Assembly (NCBI GenBank): GCA_051362555.1 | Contig: CM120649.1 | Location: forward strand, 14,694,001-14,758,000 | From: Lingula anatina | Lineage: Eukaryota > Animalia > Brachiopoda | DNA: 64,000 nt | Direction of reading: 5' to 3' | Shown here: piece after piece, positions 52,001 through 64,000 of the stretch | Layout of the letters: every line of letters starts with the position of its first letter | How positions within the stretch are numbered: position 1 is the stretch's first letter | The notes under the pieces: model-generated | What the model saw: only the letters and a program-made list of their open reading frames with translations | Told to the model about the DNA's origin: nothing | Database searches by the model: none | Program-made: the position numbers and the translations under genes

Positions 52001-53488
52001 CTAGGTACAGCATTCGAAGGCCACACTGTTTAATGCAGTGTCGTCGTCGCCTCTTACATTCTCCTGAAATTTGACTCTTAGACCGCAGATGAAGTAACCT
52101 TTATTACACAGTCTCCACGCCGACCAGGACCCCCATGGGCCACCGTTACCGGAGCTGAGTACTGCACCGTCGCTACACTTCAACTCTAGATCGTTAGCTG
52201 CCGAATCATCGAAGATGCCCTGATGTCCCTCTACCTTCAAGCGGAAGCCAATAACGTAACTGAAACGATAGGAAATATGATGCAAGACAGGCAAAGGTTA
52301 AATTAATTAATAAAGGGATCAACTATAATTTACATAAGCGCTTTAAAACAATTACAGGCCCGTAGCCAGCAATTTCAAAAGGGGGGTTCTTTTTCTGAAA
52401 AAGTGGACCTTTTTCCATATAAACGTCACGTACATAGATCAGATTTTACCCAGAGTGGACCTTTTCCCAGCAAAAGGGGTGGTTCTTTCGAACCCCCCGA
52501 ACCCCCCTGGCTACGGGCCTGAATTATAAGTTATCTTCCTAGGTGCTTTTTCAATGTAACTTTTTTTATTAAACAAGAAGAAAGCAGTGATGTTGATTGA
52601 ACCCTCTATGTATATAGATGAACCGTATGTATATAGATGAATGTATGTTTGTAAGTATATATATGTTTTCATGACCGTCTGTCAGTCCGTTTACCATTAA
52701 TACAGAACAGGAAACCATCATTACCTGTCGGCACTACAAAACACTGCCAACCCCCACGAGCCCCAGATTCCTCCATGTGGAAAGAGATGTGCGTGCTTCT
52801 CGCAGATTAGAGCGATCGCATTCAAGGCTGAATCATCGCCTAAAATGGGAAACAAGAATGTGCATTGGAGTTTACTTCTGTCAATAGAAAATACCCCCCC
52901 CCCCCCAAAAAAAATAATAATAATAATTATATATATAACGGGTATATACGCGTAAAACTATCTCTTTCTATCAGTATTTATCAATGAAAAATATTATGGC
53001 AATCCTGCTTTGTTTTTGTTAAAATTTACCGGAATAGATCCTTTCAAGTTGAGCTCCATTTTAGGCTGAAACAATTTCAAAATTTTAAGTTTGAGAATCC
53101 TGACTACAATGAAGTCTAAAATTTAGCTGATATGTCTGTTAAACATGTGAAGAATACAAAATATAAATTTTGAATTTCTACTTGTCTGTCGACCTGGTCC
53201 ACAGAAAGTCGTCGCTCGTTATACAACTTATTTATCGACATCGACGGAAAATGAGAAAATACCGTCACATTCTTTTGATAAGTATAAAATGAATTTATGC
53301 AATTTATATATCTTACCTAGCCCTTGCCTGCCCTCTACCCTCAACTGAAACCCTTTAACTTTCAGCCCAGGGCATGATTTCTTGGCGGTCCAAGTTCCCC
53401 AAGGGCCTCCATTGAGGGCGTACATCTCGTACGCTGTGCAGTGTATGATAATGGCAAGCAAGAAGACAGCTCTAGTGACGTGTGCCAT
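52001..53488 (-). CDS. VMO1: Vitelline membrane outer layer protein 1-like (beta-prism); exons 53488-53317, 52839-52725, 52259-52001
   Basis: Signal peptide followed by three repeats of the pattern GG-P/I-WG-x-W...C...G-F/L-x-L/V-x-V/F-E/Q...DD-S/T-A-L/A-N; the exons join in frame to TAG. Confidence 0.88.
52355..52521. mobile_element. Short TIR element, family E, in VMO1 intron 2
   Basis: Same 15-bp TIR with a 5-bp TSD AATTA. Confidence 0.85.
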
Positions 53489-54059
53489 TGCCGACTAGCG
53501 TTGCAAACAGTTCTCTTACCTACGTGGTCTTTAAACACGGTAAATGTTGGACAGCACATAATATAGTCGTAATTATATAGCATCTTTGGTAATTGATGCT
53601 TACCTTTTATCAGACGAAGCCATCTCTCCGTCATAGTACACTATTGTTGTTGAACGGAGTTTGTTTATCCAAAACAAAACTTTCTCAGATAAAAAGAAAG
53701 ATAGAATGTGCTTTAAATTACTTTGTAATGCTTGGGCTTTGTTGTTGCTGGGATGGTTATTTGCAATTTCATCCAGGGTTTTTTCGTGACCTTTTAGCTA
53801 CTGTATAAATAAACAAAATTCTCATTTCCGTAATTATTCTCAGAAAAGTTGACATCTATCTTATGTATTCATCTTGACATTGCTGTTTGTGGTTTTTGTG
53901 GAATAAGTGACTAAAGCAAGAAAACGCACATACATCTACTAGTAGATGGCTGATGTCCATGTTAGGTGGTACGGGGAAAAGTATATAAAAAAAAAACACG
54001 GAGATAATTAAAGTGGTATTTTTGCCCAAATAATTCAACTAACATAGCTTGTAACATAC

Positions 54060-54548
54060 CGAGATTTGAGAGAAATGTTATATATATATATTTTGGTGAC
54101 ATTATTTGCTACGTTCTAAGTAGCATACATGTAATGCTTTGGGATGAATCCCGAGCAAAAATTCGTATGCACCTTGGAAACTTCTGTTGAATTTCGAGTA
54201 ATGTACGGATAATGTACTGATCATTCAAAGAATTTCGTTTTTCCGTGGCGCACGCAAGCAAAAAGTTAACGATGTCATACTTTGTAAGTGCCTTGGTCGA
54301 TGTCGATATTTTAAACTGTATTTGTGGACATATAATTTATGTAGATATCAAATGTACAAAAAATTAGCACATGAGTTGTTGCTTATTTATTGACTGACTT
54401 TGCGTATAAAAGTGATTGTTTAGTTTATGCCGTTTATTTGTGATATAAATATATCTTTTTCTGATAAAGAGTGATTGCCCTTGCTTTATTTAAAAAAATA
54501 CATTTATATGACGTATTGGCAATGAAAATTTCATTTATCGGCCTTCAA
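54060..54548 (+). repeat. Copy 2 of the ~0.5-kb direct duplication
   Basis: Diverged colinear match to 50100-50621. Confidence 0.88.
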
Positions 54549-55647
54549 TTATTCGCATCCGCGGACCCCCCCTCCCCCCTTCGAATAATCCTGGATCCGC
54601 CCCTGTCTTTGCTTAATTGCCCGTTTCTCCTTTGGATGGACGCAAGCACCAAACTCTCATCAAACCGCTGCCAACACCCATGCTTTCTGATCCTTTGCTT
54701 TTGGAATTCCTGCGGATCTATCTCGGACAGTCACTGCACTATTCTAAAAGTCAAACGTAGGCCTCGTACACGGAGTTTCTAACACACTTCCCATTGTGCT
54801 CTTTTCACAGCTTGTAAGTTGCAACTGTCGCAATGTGTGACATTTCAACCACCTGTTATGGTGGAATACATCATTTCTACCCCATCCGTACGCCTTTGTT
54901 AGATTTTTCGTCAATTCTTATGAAGATATCGGCCCTTTTTATATTTTGAATTATATAAATAAATAAATTATCATAGAAACAAAATTTTAATGAGTGGTTT
55001 GGTCAATACAGTGTTCTTTTAGTAAAAAGAACAGAATATTTATTGCGGAGCAGAGGGAAGGCAAGCGGTTGTTTGAAAAGTAGGTCATCCAGTATGGAAG
55101 CTTGTGTCCAAGCTTGTTAGTTGCTGTGCTGAAAGTTTGAATCATTCAAGAGCTCGAAGATCGATGCAAGCGCACAGAGAGGTAAGTGCACCAACTTTAG
55201 TATAAGCTAACTTAATAAAGCTGGTAAAACTTCTGGAGTGGGTTTGCTGAAGCCATATCACAGCAGAAAAAAAGGTCGGTGATCGTTTTATTTACATTCA
55301 TTCAAATAGATTGATTTCAATTCAAATTCGATTTATTGCTCATGTCTCTCCGACGGAAGAATGTTTTTTAGTCGCCAAGAGGGTGTGACTATCGATAAAA
55401 CTTCCCTGGCGAAGTTTGACTTTCACTTTAGTCATTGTATCTAAGTCTGAGCAGAGGAGGTGATAAATTAAGTTTAATTATACGCAGTATTTTACACATT
55501 CTGAATATCGTGTGGATATGAAAATAATAATAAAAAAAGAAGCAGCATGCACTAATGAAGCTGTCACCAATCTGATTATCAATAAAATTATCTTGTGTGA
55601 TAAGCACTTAGTCTGACGTAGTTGTGGTTTTTGGGTTATTTCAACTG

Positions 55648-55686
<39 letters not shown>

Positions 55687-56541
55687 TGCGCAAATGACAG
55701 TACGGTAATTACTACATTTTTTCAATTGGGGAAATTGTTAATTTTACAGTTATTGCATTTTTAAGTCACAATTTCTTATAAGTATAACATTCCTATGGAG
55801 TGGGAGCAACAAAATTAAAAAGCATGCTACTCTATATTGATCTGTTCTTTGCAGTAAAAGGACCACAAATGTCACATAAAAATATAATATTTGGGATTAT
55901 AAAGTCATGTAACTTAAAGTTTGACAATTTTTGCCCATTGAAAAGACCCAGTAATTAAAGTATACATGTATGTTGCTGTCCTGAAAGATGCAGCTTCACA
56001 TTTCACAAATTCATCATATGCAAAATATAGTAAATAATATAGCAATCTGTGAAGGCTCACTTGAATGCATAAAATATACAGCCCAATTAATATACAAAAG
56101 TCAATACTGGGGTCTAAATAGATTAAAAGATCTGAGGCTTAACATGTTTAAGACAACTTCAATCATTGACACATCAATTATTTATCTCCAGAAGTATTAA
56201 GTGCAAATGGCAAGGTGTTTCACAGAGCTTTTGTATAAAATTGAAAGTCTACTTTGTGACCTTTGCTCACTATAGTGATTACAGTCGCTTTAGAGGAAAA
56301 AAGTCAAGAAATATAAGAAAATAGTTTTATGGCTAGCTTGTAAAAATAAATAAAAATGAATAAGAATAATTTGATGATAGAGAAGATAATGGTAATTATT
56401 GTGACAATGATAATAAAGTTAAAATAATAAATATTAAGAAAAATTGGCAATTATTATTATTATTTATCTTTTCAGAATTTTCATAATATTCAGACGGGTG
56501 TGCCATGATCAAGTTTTAACAGTAAAGCCTCAACCAGCAAT

Positions 56542-57275
56542 ATGGATGCATGGAAAACTTTCCTAGCAGTTATCTTTTTGTGTACAGCCTTAGCTCAAAC
56601 ACAAGATGGCTCTGCAACAACAGCAGCAACAACAACAACAGCAACAACATCAACAACAACAGTGCCAGGAACCTCAGGAAAAACTGCATCCAATACAACA
56701 ACAACATCAGCAACAAGAAGAACTACAATATCTTCAATACTATCACCCAAAAATTTACCCAAATCAGAAGTTAGCAGTGTGCCAACAGTAACAGCGGGTT
56801 CGCCATCAACAGTAGCAGCAATGACTGAATCATCGACCACGGAGTTGTCGAGAAATGAGACAGAAAGGTGTCTAAATGAAAAGTTACCTGGTACGCAGAG
56901 ATGGCAGAGCAATATGGAGGGGTCTTCAGTTACTGTGGAATGGGGGTATGGACCTGTAAGTAAACCAGTATTTAATATATACATGTACTATAGTTTTTAT
57001 ATTTCACTATTGTAAATGGGAAAAAAGTTCCATTTTCAACTTCAGTCAATATTTAGGTATTGTGTGTAATCAAAACAGCAGTGGTGCATTTGGCTACAAT
57101 AAATTCCCTATGTGCATAGACTGTGTAAAGATGTCTTTCACATTTACTAACTAGTACACATACACAAAACTGTAGCCAAATGAAAAGAGAGAAATAATAA
57201 GCCTTAAAAACGGAAGATAGAATTTGTTCAAATTTTTATTAAGTAGAAAATTGCCCATTTGCTTTTTAAGCAAGA

Positions 57276-57352
<77 letters not shown>

Positions 57353-60300
57353 ACCTGTAGCAATTCATTCCAGTTCGAATGGTGAGAGTGCTGACATCTT
57401 TTTATCCTCCCGAAGCTTATAGAAACTTTTTTCAATAAATTTCATGGTGTCCATAACTAAATGTTAAGATAGTATGATTTTATTCAAATATTGATGGGAG
57501 ATGTCATCTATGTGACAGTGCCTGTGGCAATCTTGAGTCAGCAAAATGAAAACACCAGATGATACCATTTTGAATAATAGATGATAGTATTCTTTGTATA
57601 GATTTGCGCAAAGTCAGGTGTTGACTTCCTGAATAATATTGATATTCTTAACAAAGAAAGAACCCCTGATGATGCTGCAATGTATTTTTTTAGCGGTCTG
57701 GCTTAATTTTTTATTTCTAGCAAAGCAGTACATGTTTTTTCTGCTCCCTCCTCCACCACATAGCAATTCTTCACTAAATGTGAACATAAATTTTCTCTTT
57801 TCCAAAACAGTTCTTCATTTACTCATTCTAAAAAAGACAAAAAGATTGCTTCAAATATGTTCATAACTGAGTGTACTTTTCAGTCTTGGCCTGAGGGATT
57901 TTTATGTGAATTATTCTTTTGGTGTGAAATATTGTAAATCTTGTGCTTATGATAAAAAAGAAAAAGATTTGAATGATCAAATTAGGTGTTTGAAATTTAA
58001 GAATATTTACCGTCCCTGTACCAGCATGTGTATGATAAACAATTCCAAGTTCTCTAGTTCTATACAACACAAATGAACAGGACCATTTATCAAACACACA
58101 TGCACACAAACATATATATATTTAATCAGGATGATTATATTTTCTTTTGTGATCAGGCAGATGTGATTTTTAAAGAAGACACATAACTTGCCTAGAGATT
58201 TGGTGGGTCCTAGATTACTGTATATGAAACCTTTTAAGCATTTTCTGCTTTGATAACCTTGTATTCATCCTCTGATGTCCCTGCCTTGGTGGTTTTATAA
58301 AATTGCTTTTGCTAGAATGGCTATAACAATTATAGTAATAATTTTCACAAGGATAATGAAGAGATTACTTCCATTTTTCCAGTCCTAGCAGCTCAACTGG
58401 TTCTTAATGCACCTTTTAGTTGTCAATCTGACACAGTGAACCAATACAGACTATACATCTTAAAAAAGTGATGTGAAAAGGGCTTTACAGTGGAGACAAA
58501 CAAGGAGTTATGGTATATCTCATGCAAATTATAGTCATAACAGATAATCAGAAGTGTTATGCAGGTTTTATTCACTCCACCCCTCCCACTAAAAGTGATT
58601 AAACAAATAATAATAATAATAATGATATTAAGCCTTTCATCAGTAACTTCTTACAGAAATACAATGGTTTTACTCTTTATCACATCATAATAATGTGTCA
58701 ACATATTAAATTGCCTTTTTGCACGTCAATATTACTTCAAGAGCTGATAAAACATTGGCACCGGTGTCTATAAGTTAGTATAACTTGCTGTAGTCAAGTG
58801 TCATCTTCATCAACTGAAAGTAATTCTGTTCAGTTTTTGGTTCCTTGAAGTAGGTGATAGATGGCACAGATAGAGGCTGCTAGAACTCCAGACATGATTT
58901 TCCAAGTAGACGTCACATTGGTGGGCAAGGATATAATTGGCATTCATACAGCGTTACATCAGCTTAAGGAGCAACTTTTGGGATATGGATCTATTAAGCC
59001 CAGAAAAATGAGAAAATACTGCCAATTTTCAAATCATCTGTCACACCAACAAAATCATTATAGTCCTCCAAATACAGATGTCTGTTCTTGAATACATGAT
59101 TAAAGACATATTTTGTAACATATTTTTACCAACGGAATAACAGTGACATCTTACTGTAGGCTAAAATTGCAACCACATACCCCGCTGAGATGTGCTTAAT
59201 AGAGTTAGAACAACTCAATTTGAAAAGAAACATGGTTTTGTTCTATCCATTTATGTTGGGGTCTCAAAGTCTCATCAGTCTAACTTCAGGAACATTTCTC
59301 AAATATCATTTCAGCATCATTTCTTCTCATTAGCATTATCAAAACAAATCACTGGTTTCTACATATTTCATTTCATTCCAACTTCGATCTTTTCTCCTGA
59401 TGAATGCGGTGGGCTTGTTAAATGTTATCTCCCACGAATAAACATCCTTTATTGAAGTTACCATGTAACTTGAGATTAGTTTTATGCAGAGATCTATTCA
59501 AGTCTGTTTTCATAAAAGTGTTCTTCTGCGACTCTGATAAAGGCATCCTATTTTTATGACACATATTGTGTTTCAGCTCTACTCAAGTGGCTACCATAAT
59601 TAGGCAATCTAAATAACTGGGCACTCAGTATAATTTCATCGTCTTTCTTGCAATGAAAAGTAAGCCAATCATCAGGCAATTAATTTAAAAGTTGAAATAC
59701 TGTATAAAACAATTGATTTTTAATTTAAAAAAAATTTAGACTTCACGTTAGGTAATAGCATGATTTGTCAATTTTTTATGTTAATTAAAGGCTAATAACG
59801 GGGTGGAAGAGGGTGCGGGTAGAGGGGTGGGGTGGACGAGAGGGTACCCAAGTCCACCACTGAAATGGGGTGCAGGACACTCAATTCAAGTGGGACTCTT
59901 GGCAACTGAAAAACGGTGATTGAGTTCAATAGCCTGTACCAAGGGGAATACAGATAAGAACCTAATGTTCAGGCAAATGTGCCATAGCAATCAATGGAAG
60001 TCACCCAGGCAGAATTGGAAATCTCCAAGATAAAGGAATGGAGAAAAATCCGAGTAATTACTGTCACTGTTCTTGCGGAAATTATGAGATAAAATAGCTG
60101 GATGAGCTATGGGTTTTCAAGTATGAGAACAAAATTGATGCAGTTCGAGTAATCTGGACGCGGCCCTGATGGATCTCAAATGTCCTGAAGAATGCTTTAG
60201 AAAAGCAAAAGGAAATCTATACTTGAATGAAAAGAAAGAAATCTTTTGAAGCCCACACAAAGTCCATGTAGAAACAAACAGGTGTCCTGAGAAAATATTT

Positions 60301-62514
60301 AGATGAAATCTCAACTTTATTCTGCAGGTAATTAATAGGCAAGTTCAGTTAATGCTCTTAGATAAACAACTTAGGAAATCACAGATATTTCTCTCATTGT
60401 TTTTGTACATATAACCAGATAAACAGCTAGCATCACTGAGGGACATCAAATATTTTGATTTGTAAGTACCATTAATTTTGAGGAAATAAGACAGGGGACT
60501 CTCGAGTAATTTAGTAATCTCCAGTGACGAAACAGCCAGAACAAAGGTTCAGCACCATCAAAGGGAACTCATGTAATGATTCAGAAGTAAAAATGGACAA
60601 ATATATTTAGTCCCTGTAATTTTTTTTCCTTTTTATCCATCCATATGGAAACTTTCAATAAATTTAATTGTAAACCTCTATACAGAAAGATCCCTGCAAC
60701 ACCAGCAATTCACAGTTTTGGCATTGGAAATGGCAAGTTGTAGCTCTAAATAAAATACCAACATTGTGAAAATACATACAACATTTTGATAAAAGTACAA
60801 AATCCACAACTGCATGTCCAGTTGACGTTTTGGCAAAAATTCCTAGGATCAAATATGGCGCGATCCACATGTAAGTGTGCTGAGATTGAATTGCTCTCCC
60901 CCTGCTGGACGTCGGGAATCCATCGTCAGGTTTGCGCCATTTTGATCTGTGGACTAGTTAATCCATGGATCAACTGGTGGTATACACCCTATTAGTGTCA
61001 CCTAGAGCTCATTCAGAACAGCGGCTAACGGATCCACATATCAAATATGGCGACCCATTATGTTGACAAGGTATCATATAGAAATCAATGAAACTGTCAA
61101 CCCTTGAAAAAGGATACTTTCAGTTAATGATCTTCTTTGTTGAAAGAGCTCAGTAGGCGTGATTTGGCTTGAAAAATTACACGGTAAATTTTCTCTCTAA
61201 TAATCAAAATAAACAGTGAACAGGTAGTAGAATTCAATATTTTCAGGAGCATCAGAAGAAAGACAACGACAGGAAATGAAAATAGTGGTTTTAGACAATC
61301 CAAAACTTTTACTTTTAACGTGAGTGTAATGAGGGGGAAGTAATTGCACAGTAAATTTCTCATCATTTGTACGATGAATGGCAAAAAACACATAAGAAAT
61401 CCAATATGTTGCCATAACAATGTATGGAAACCAAAGCAAACGGCAAAAATTATGTTTCTAAATGAGTCAGAAGTCCTTTTAGTGTAACACAAATGACTAT
61501 TGCAAGCGTAATGATGCTTAGAAAATCATTCCGCAAATGGATAAAAAAAAAGGGGAAAAAAGACTTTGCACCAGATGTAAGATCTCCATATCTAATGAGC
61601 TTTTCCATTTCCATTGTTCATTATTTTTTCATTGTCTGAAATATTTTCTCAATTAAGAACCTCCGTGAGGAGTAAATTGTCAATTTTTTTCAGTACAGTA
61701 TTTCTTACAAACAGTTTTCGTATATTCCTGGTCCATTATGTAAAACAATACTGAAGGGTTTTGGTGGTGAACATGCAAGAAAAAACACAGAATGCATTGC
61801 ATCCCAATGGTTAATAGTATAATTAGCTACAAAGGCAGGTATGCACAAGGCCACCAAGTAAAGAGCAAGTGTGATCTTGGTTCAGAAAAATTGTGGAGGG
61901 TTTGGATTTAAGAAAATGAAAGATGAAGAAGCTGAAGGATCCATAAATGTCTAAACACATAAAGGGAACAACTAACAAATGAATGAGTGAAAAAAACAAA
62001 CTAAAAATAAAGTTTACAATTAAATCCCAGACTTGACATATAAACTCTTGATCATAACTTTGTATTTATTGATAATTCCGTAGCTAATACAGGAATTTAA
62101 AGACCAACTTAATAGTTTCATTTTTGTCTCCCTTCTATTTTTTCCTTGATTCTTCTCTATACTTTCAGATTTAATTTCACTTTCATTTTCTCTCTAGGTA
62201 CAATTTAGATTACATTTCCATTTTGCTTTCACTTTCATTTTCACATTTCAGGAAACCAGCGGTGCCCTGTTCAGTGGCACTAAACTCTCATATTAGTGGA
62301 CAATACATCCCTGCCTTTTTCAATTAAATGGTTGCATTTTCATTTCATTGGCACTTTCACTCTCATAATGAATTTCACTTTCACTTTCAATTTCATTTGT
62401 ATTCCAGGAGACCTGTAGCACCTTGGCCAGTTGCACTGGACTCCCGGTAGTGGACGATATTGACCTGCCCCCTCAGATGATTCCAAGGGAGATCCAGACA
62501 GGAGTTACCCTCAA
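56542..62514 (+). CDS. Secreted protein, probable eyes shut (EYS)-like, 3'-truncated; coding exons 56542-56955 and 62408-62514 (putative non-coding exon ending at 55181)
   Basis: Signal peptide and Thr/Ser-rich stretch, then C...W...SSVTVEW...ETCSTLASC...PQMIPREIQTGVTL. This resembles my recollection of the human EYS N-terminus (C...W...SSYVVNW...NIC...DC...PQICPLQIQLGDIL). The phase 0 junction is in frame. Confidence 0.6.
62252..62330 (+). pseudogene. Degenerate tandem copy (pseudo-exon) of the 62408 exon
   Basis: tttcag|gaaaccagcggtgccctgttcagtggcactaaactc..tagtggacaata aligns with ttccag|gagacctgtagcaccttggccagttgcactggactc..tagtggacgata, but has a frameshift and an in-frame TAG. Confidence 0.7.
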
Positions 62515-62587
62515 GTAAGTACAGGGTTCAAGCTCACAAGAGAAAAAGTCCATGTTGGTATAAATTTCAATATTCTTGATAATCTTA

Positions 62588-63132
62588 GAGCGCATTCTCA
62601 ACGAATTAAGCCAGGCTTTACAAAGCTGGTGACCTAAAAATGGCGGACGTACATGAAAGAAAAAACGCCTAATCTTTTAATAGTCTCTCCGCCTCTCACA
62701 CGCCTCCCCACACGTTGTCCCTGTGGGGTACAGTAATTAAATCTCGGCTCCGAACATTAATATTTCTGTGAATATCTCTGGTGATATTATCTCCGTAGAT
62801 AGTCGATTCATTGCTGCTCTACGGGCCAAATTATTCCTTTTTCGTCTCTGTTTTCAAAGATAATAGAACAGAAGAGCTTTTTTCCTTCGATCGCCTTCAG
62901 CCTTCAGCTTTCTTCACCACGAGTTTAACTGATGAGCATGCGGACTTAATATTTCTCAGGTAGCTTCTGCATGGCGAACGGAGACGCGATTCAATTACTG
63001 TACCCTGCAGGGACGACGTGTGGGGAGGCGGAGAGACTATTAAAAGATTAGGCGGTTTTTCTTTCATGTACGTCTGCCATTTTTAGGTCACCGGCTTTGT
63101 AAAGCCTGGCTTAATTCGTTGAGAATGTGCTC
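62588..63132. mobile_element. Fold-back MITE, family A copy 2 (longer internal region)
   Basis: About 150-bp inverted arms homologous to 4418-4719; TTA on both flanks. Confidence 0.85.
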
Positions 63133-63453
63133 TTAGTCTATTTTGTGGGATTAATCTGTTGAACTGGGTACTGTAGTTCATTAAAGTAATGTATTATTAT
63201 AGCTATAATATTAGTCTAAAACGCCCCTGCCATTTCTGAAAAATTTACAATTTTCTGCTTTGAAAAGATTGAGTCATTACAATAGCTTTGTTTTATGAAA
63301 CTGACTCCAGATATGGTTGTAGAGAGATAATTGACAGGTAATTTGTGCCCCCTGGGATAGATTTTATTATCGAGTTCGTAACATGTAATATATGATGTGC
63401 CAGTTATCAATCAGCGAAGTCTCAAGTGCAAGAAATCTCGTGGGAGACTGATA

Positions 63454-63660
63454 GGCTGTATTCACAACTAAAGTTGATCCTCAGACTAACTGATCTGTGG
63501 ATCAAATATGGCTGATCAACTTGAAAGCTTGCCATGTGATCCCTGTGGGAAATCTATTCAGTGCCTGTTAGGGGATTATGTGGCAAACTTTCAAGTGAGT
63601 TGGCCATATTTGATCTGCGGATCTGTTAGATGGAGGATAAACTCCTTGTGAATGTGGGCA
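63454..63660. mobile_element. Degenerate fold-back MITE; related fragments at ~60840-61055
   Basis: Inverted arms attcacaa...gatcaaatatggc / gccatatttgatc...ttgtgaat; gatcaaatatggcg recurs near 60847 and atcaaatatggcg near 61040. Confidence 0.55.
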
Positions 63661-64000
63661 TATATGTATGTATGAGCTAAAGCCATCTCATTTTCTGAAT
63701 GCACTTGTGCGTTCATAGTTAAGCTTGTTCTGTACCAGCAACTTATTAAGTGGTTATCATTGTCTGATCAACACTGCTGAAGTACATCAGGCTTTTAAGG
63801 GTTCTCTCAGTTGCATCAATGCTACAAAAAAAAAAAAAAAAGATAAATAATAAAATTAAAAAGTATTTGTGATTAAATGATAAAAAAATTGGGGAAAAAT
63901 TAAGCACATTTCTGGCAATATCAAAGTAAGCAGCTGTAAACTAGCTCTACAAGGAAGCACTTGGAAAAATAGCTTCAATTTCAAAGACACACGTTTATGA

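Noticed and set aside
56606-56791. Poly-Q ORF (MALQQQQ...)
   Set aside because: Alternative frame of the ACA/GCA-rich Thr/Ala codons of the EYS-like exon.
57000-62150. Additional coding exons or a nested gene in the long EYS-like intron
   Set aside because: The short ORFs lack recognisable motifs, and exons 56955 and 62408 already join in frame with continuous EYS-like similarity.

Overview
AT-rich, intron-containing genomic DNA from an animal, probably a marine invertebrate (species not identifiable from sequence alone). Manual exon reconstruction gives eight protein-coding genes: the 3' part of a metabotropic glutamate receptor-like class C GPCR (+), a carbohydrate sulfotransferase (+), an oxalate:formate antiporter-like MFS transporter (-), SAP130 (+), a CYP4-family cytochrome P450 (+), a LAPTM4-like four-TM protein with a C-terminal PPPY motif (+), a VMO1-like protein (-), and the 5' part of a probable eyes-shut (EYS)-like gene (+). 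Introns carry many non-autonomous DNA transposons/MITEs with readable TIRs and TSDs. The main finding is in the CYP4 gene: four intact, tandem, same-phase paralogous versions of exon 2 that can only be used one at a time. They sit at the exon position that is mutually exclusively spliced in human CYP4F3, suggesting a four-way substrate-specificity switch. Smaller duplicated acceptors or exon starts recur in three other genes. All models are by eye, with no transcript evidence.
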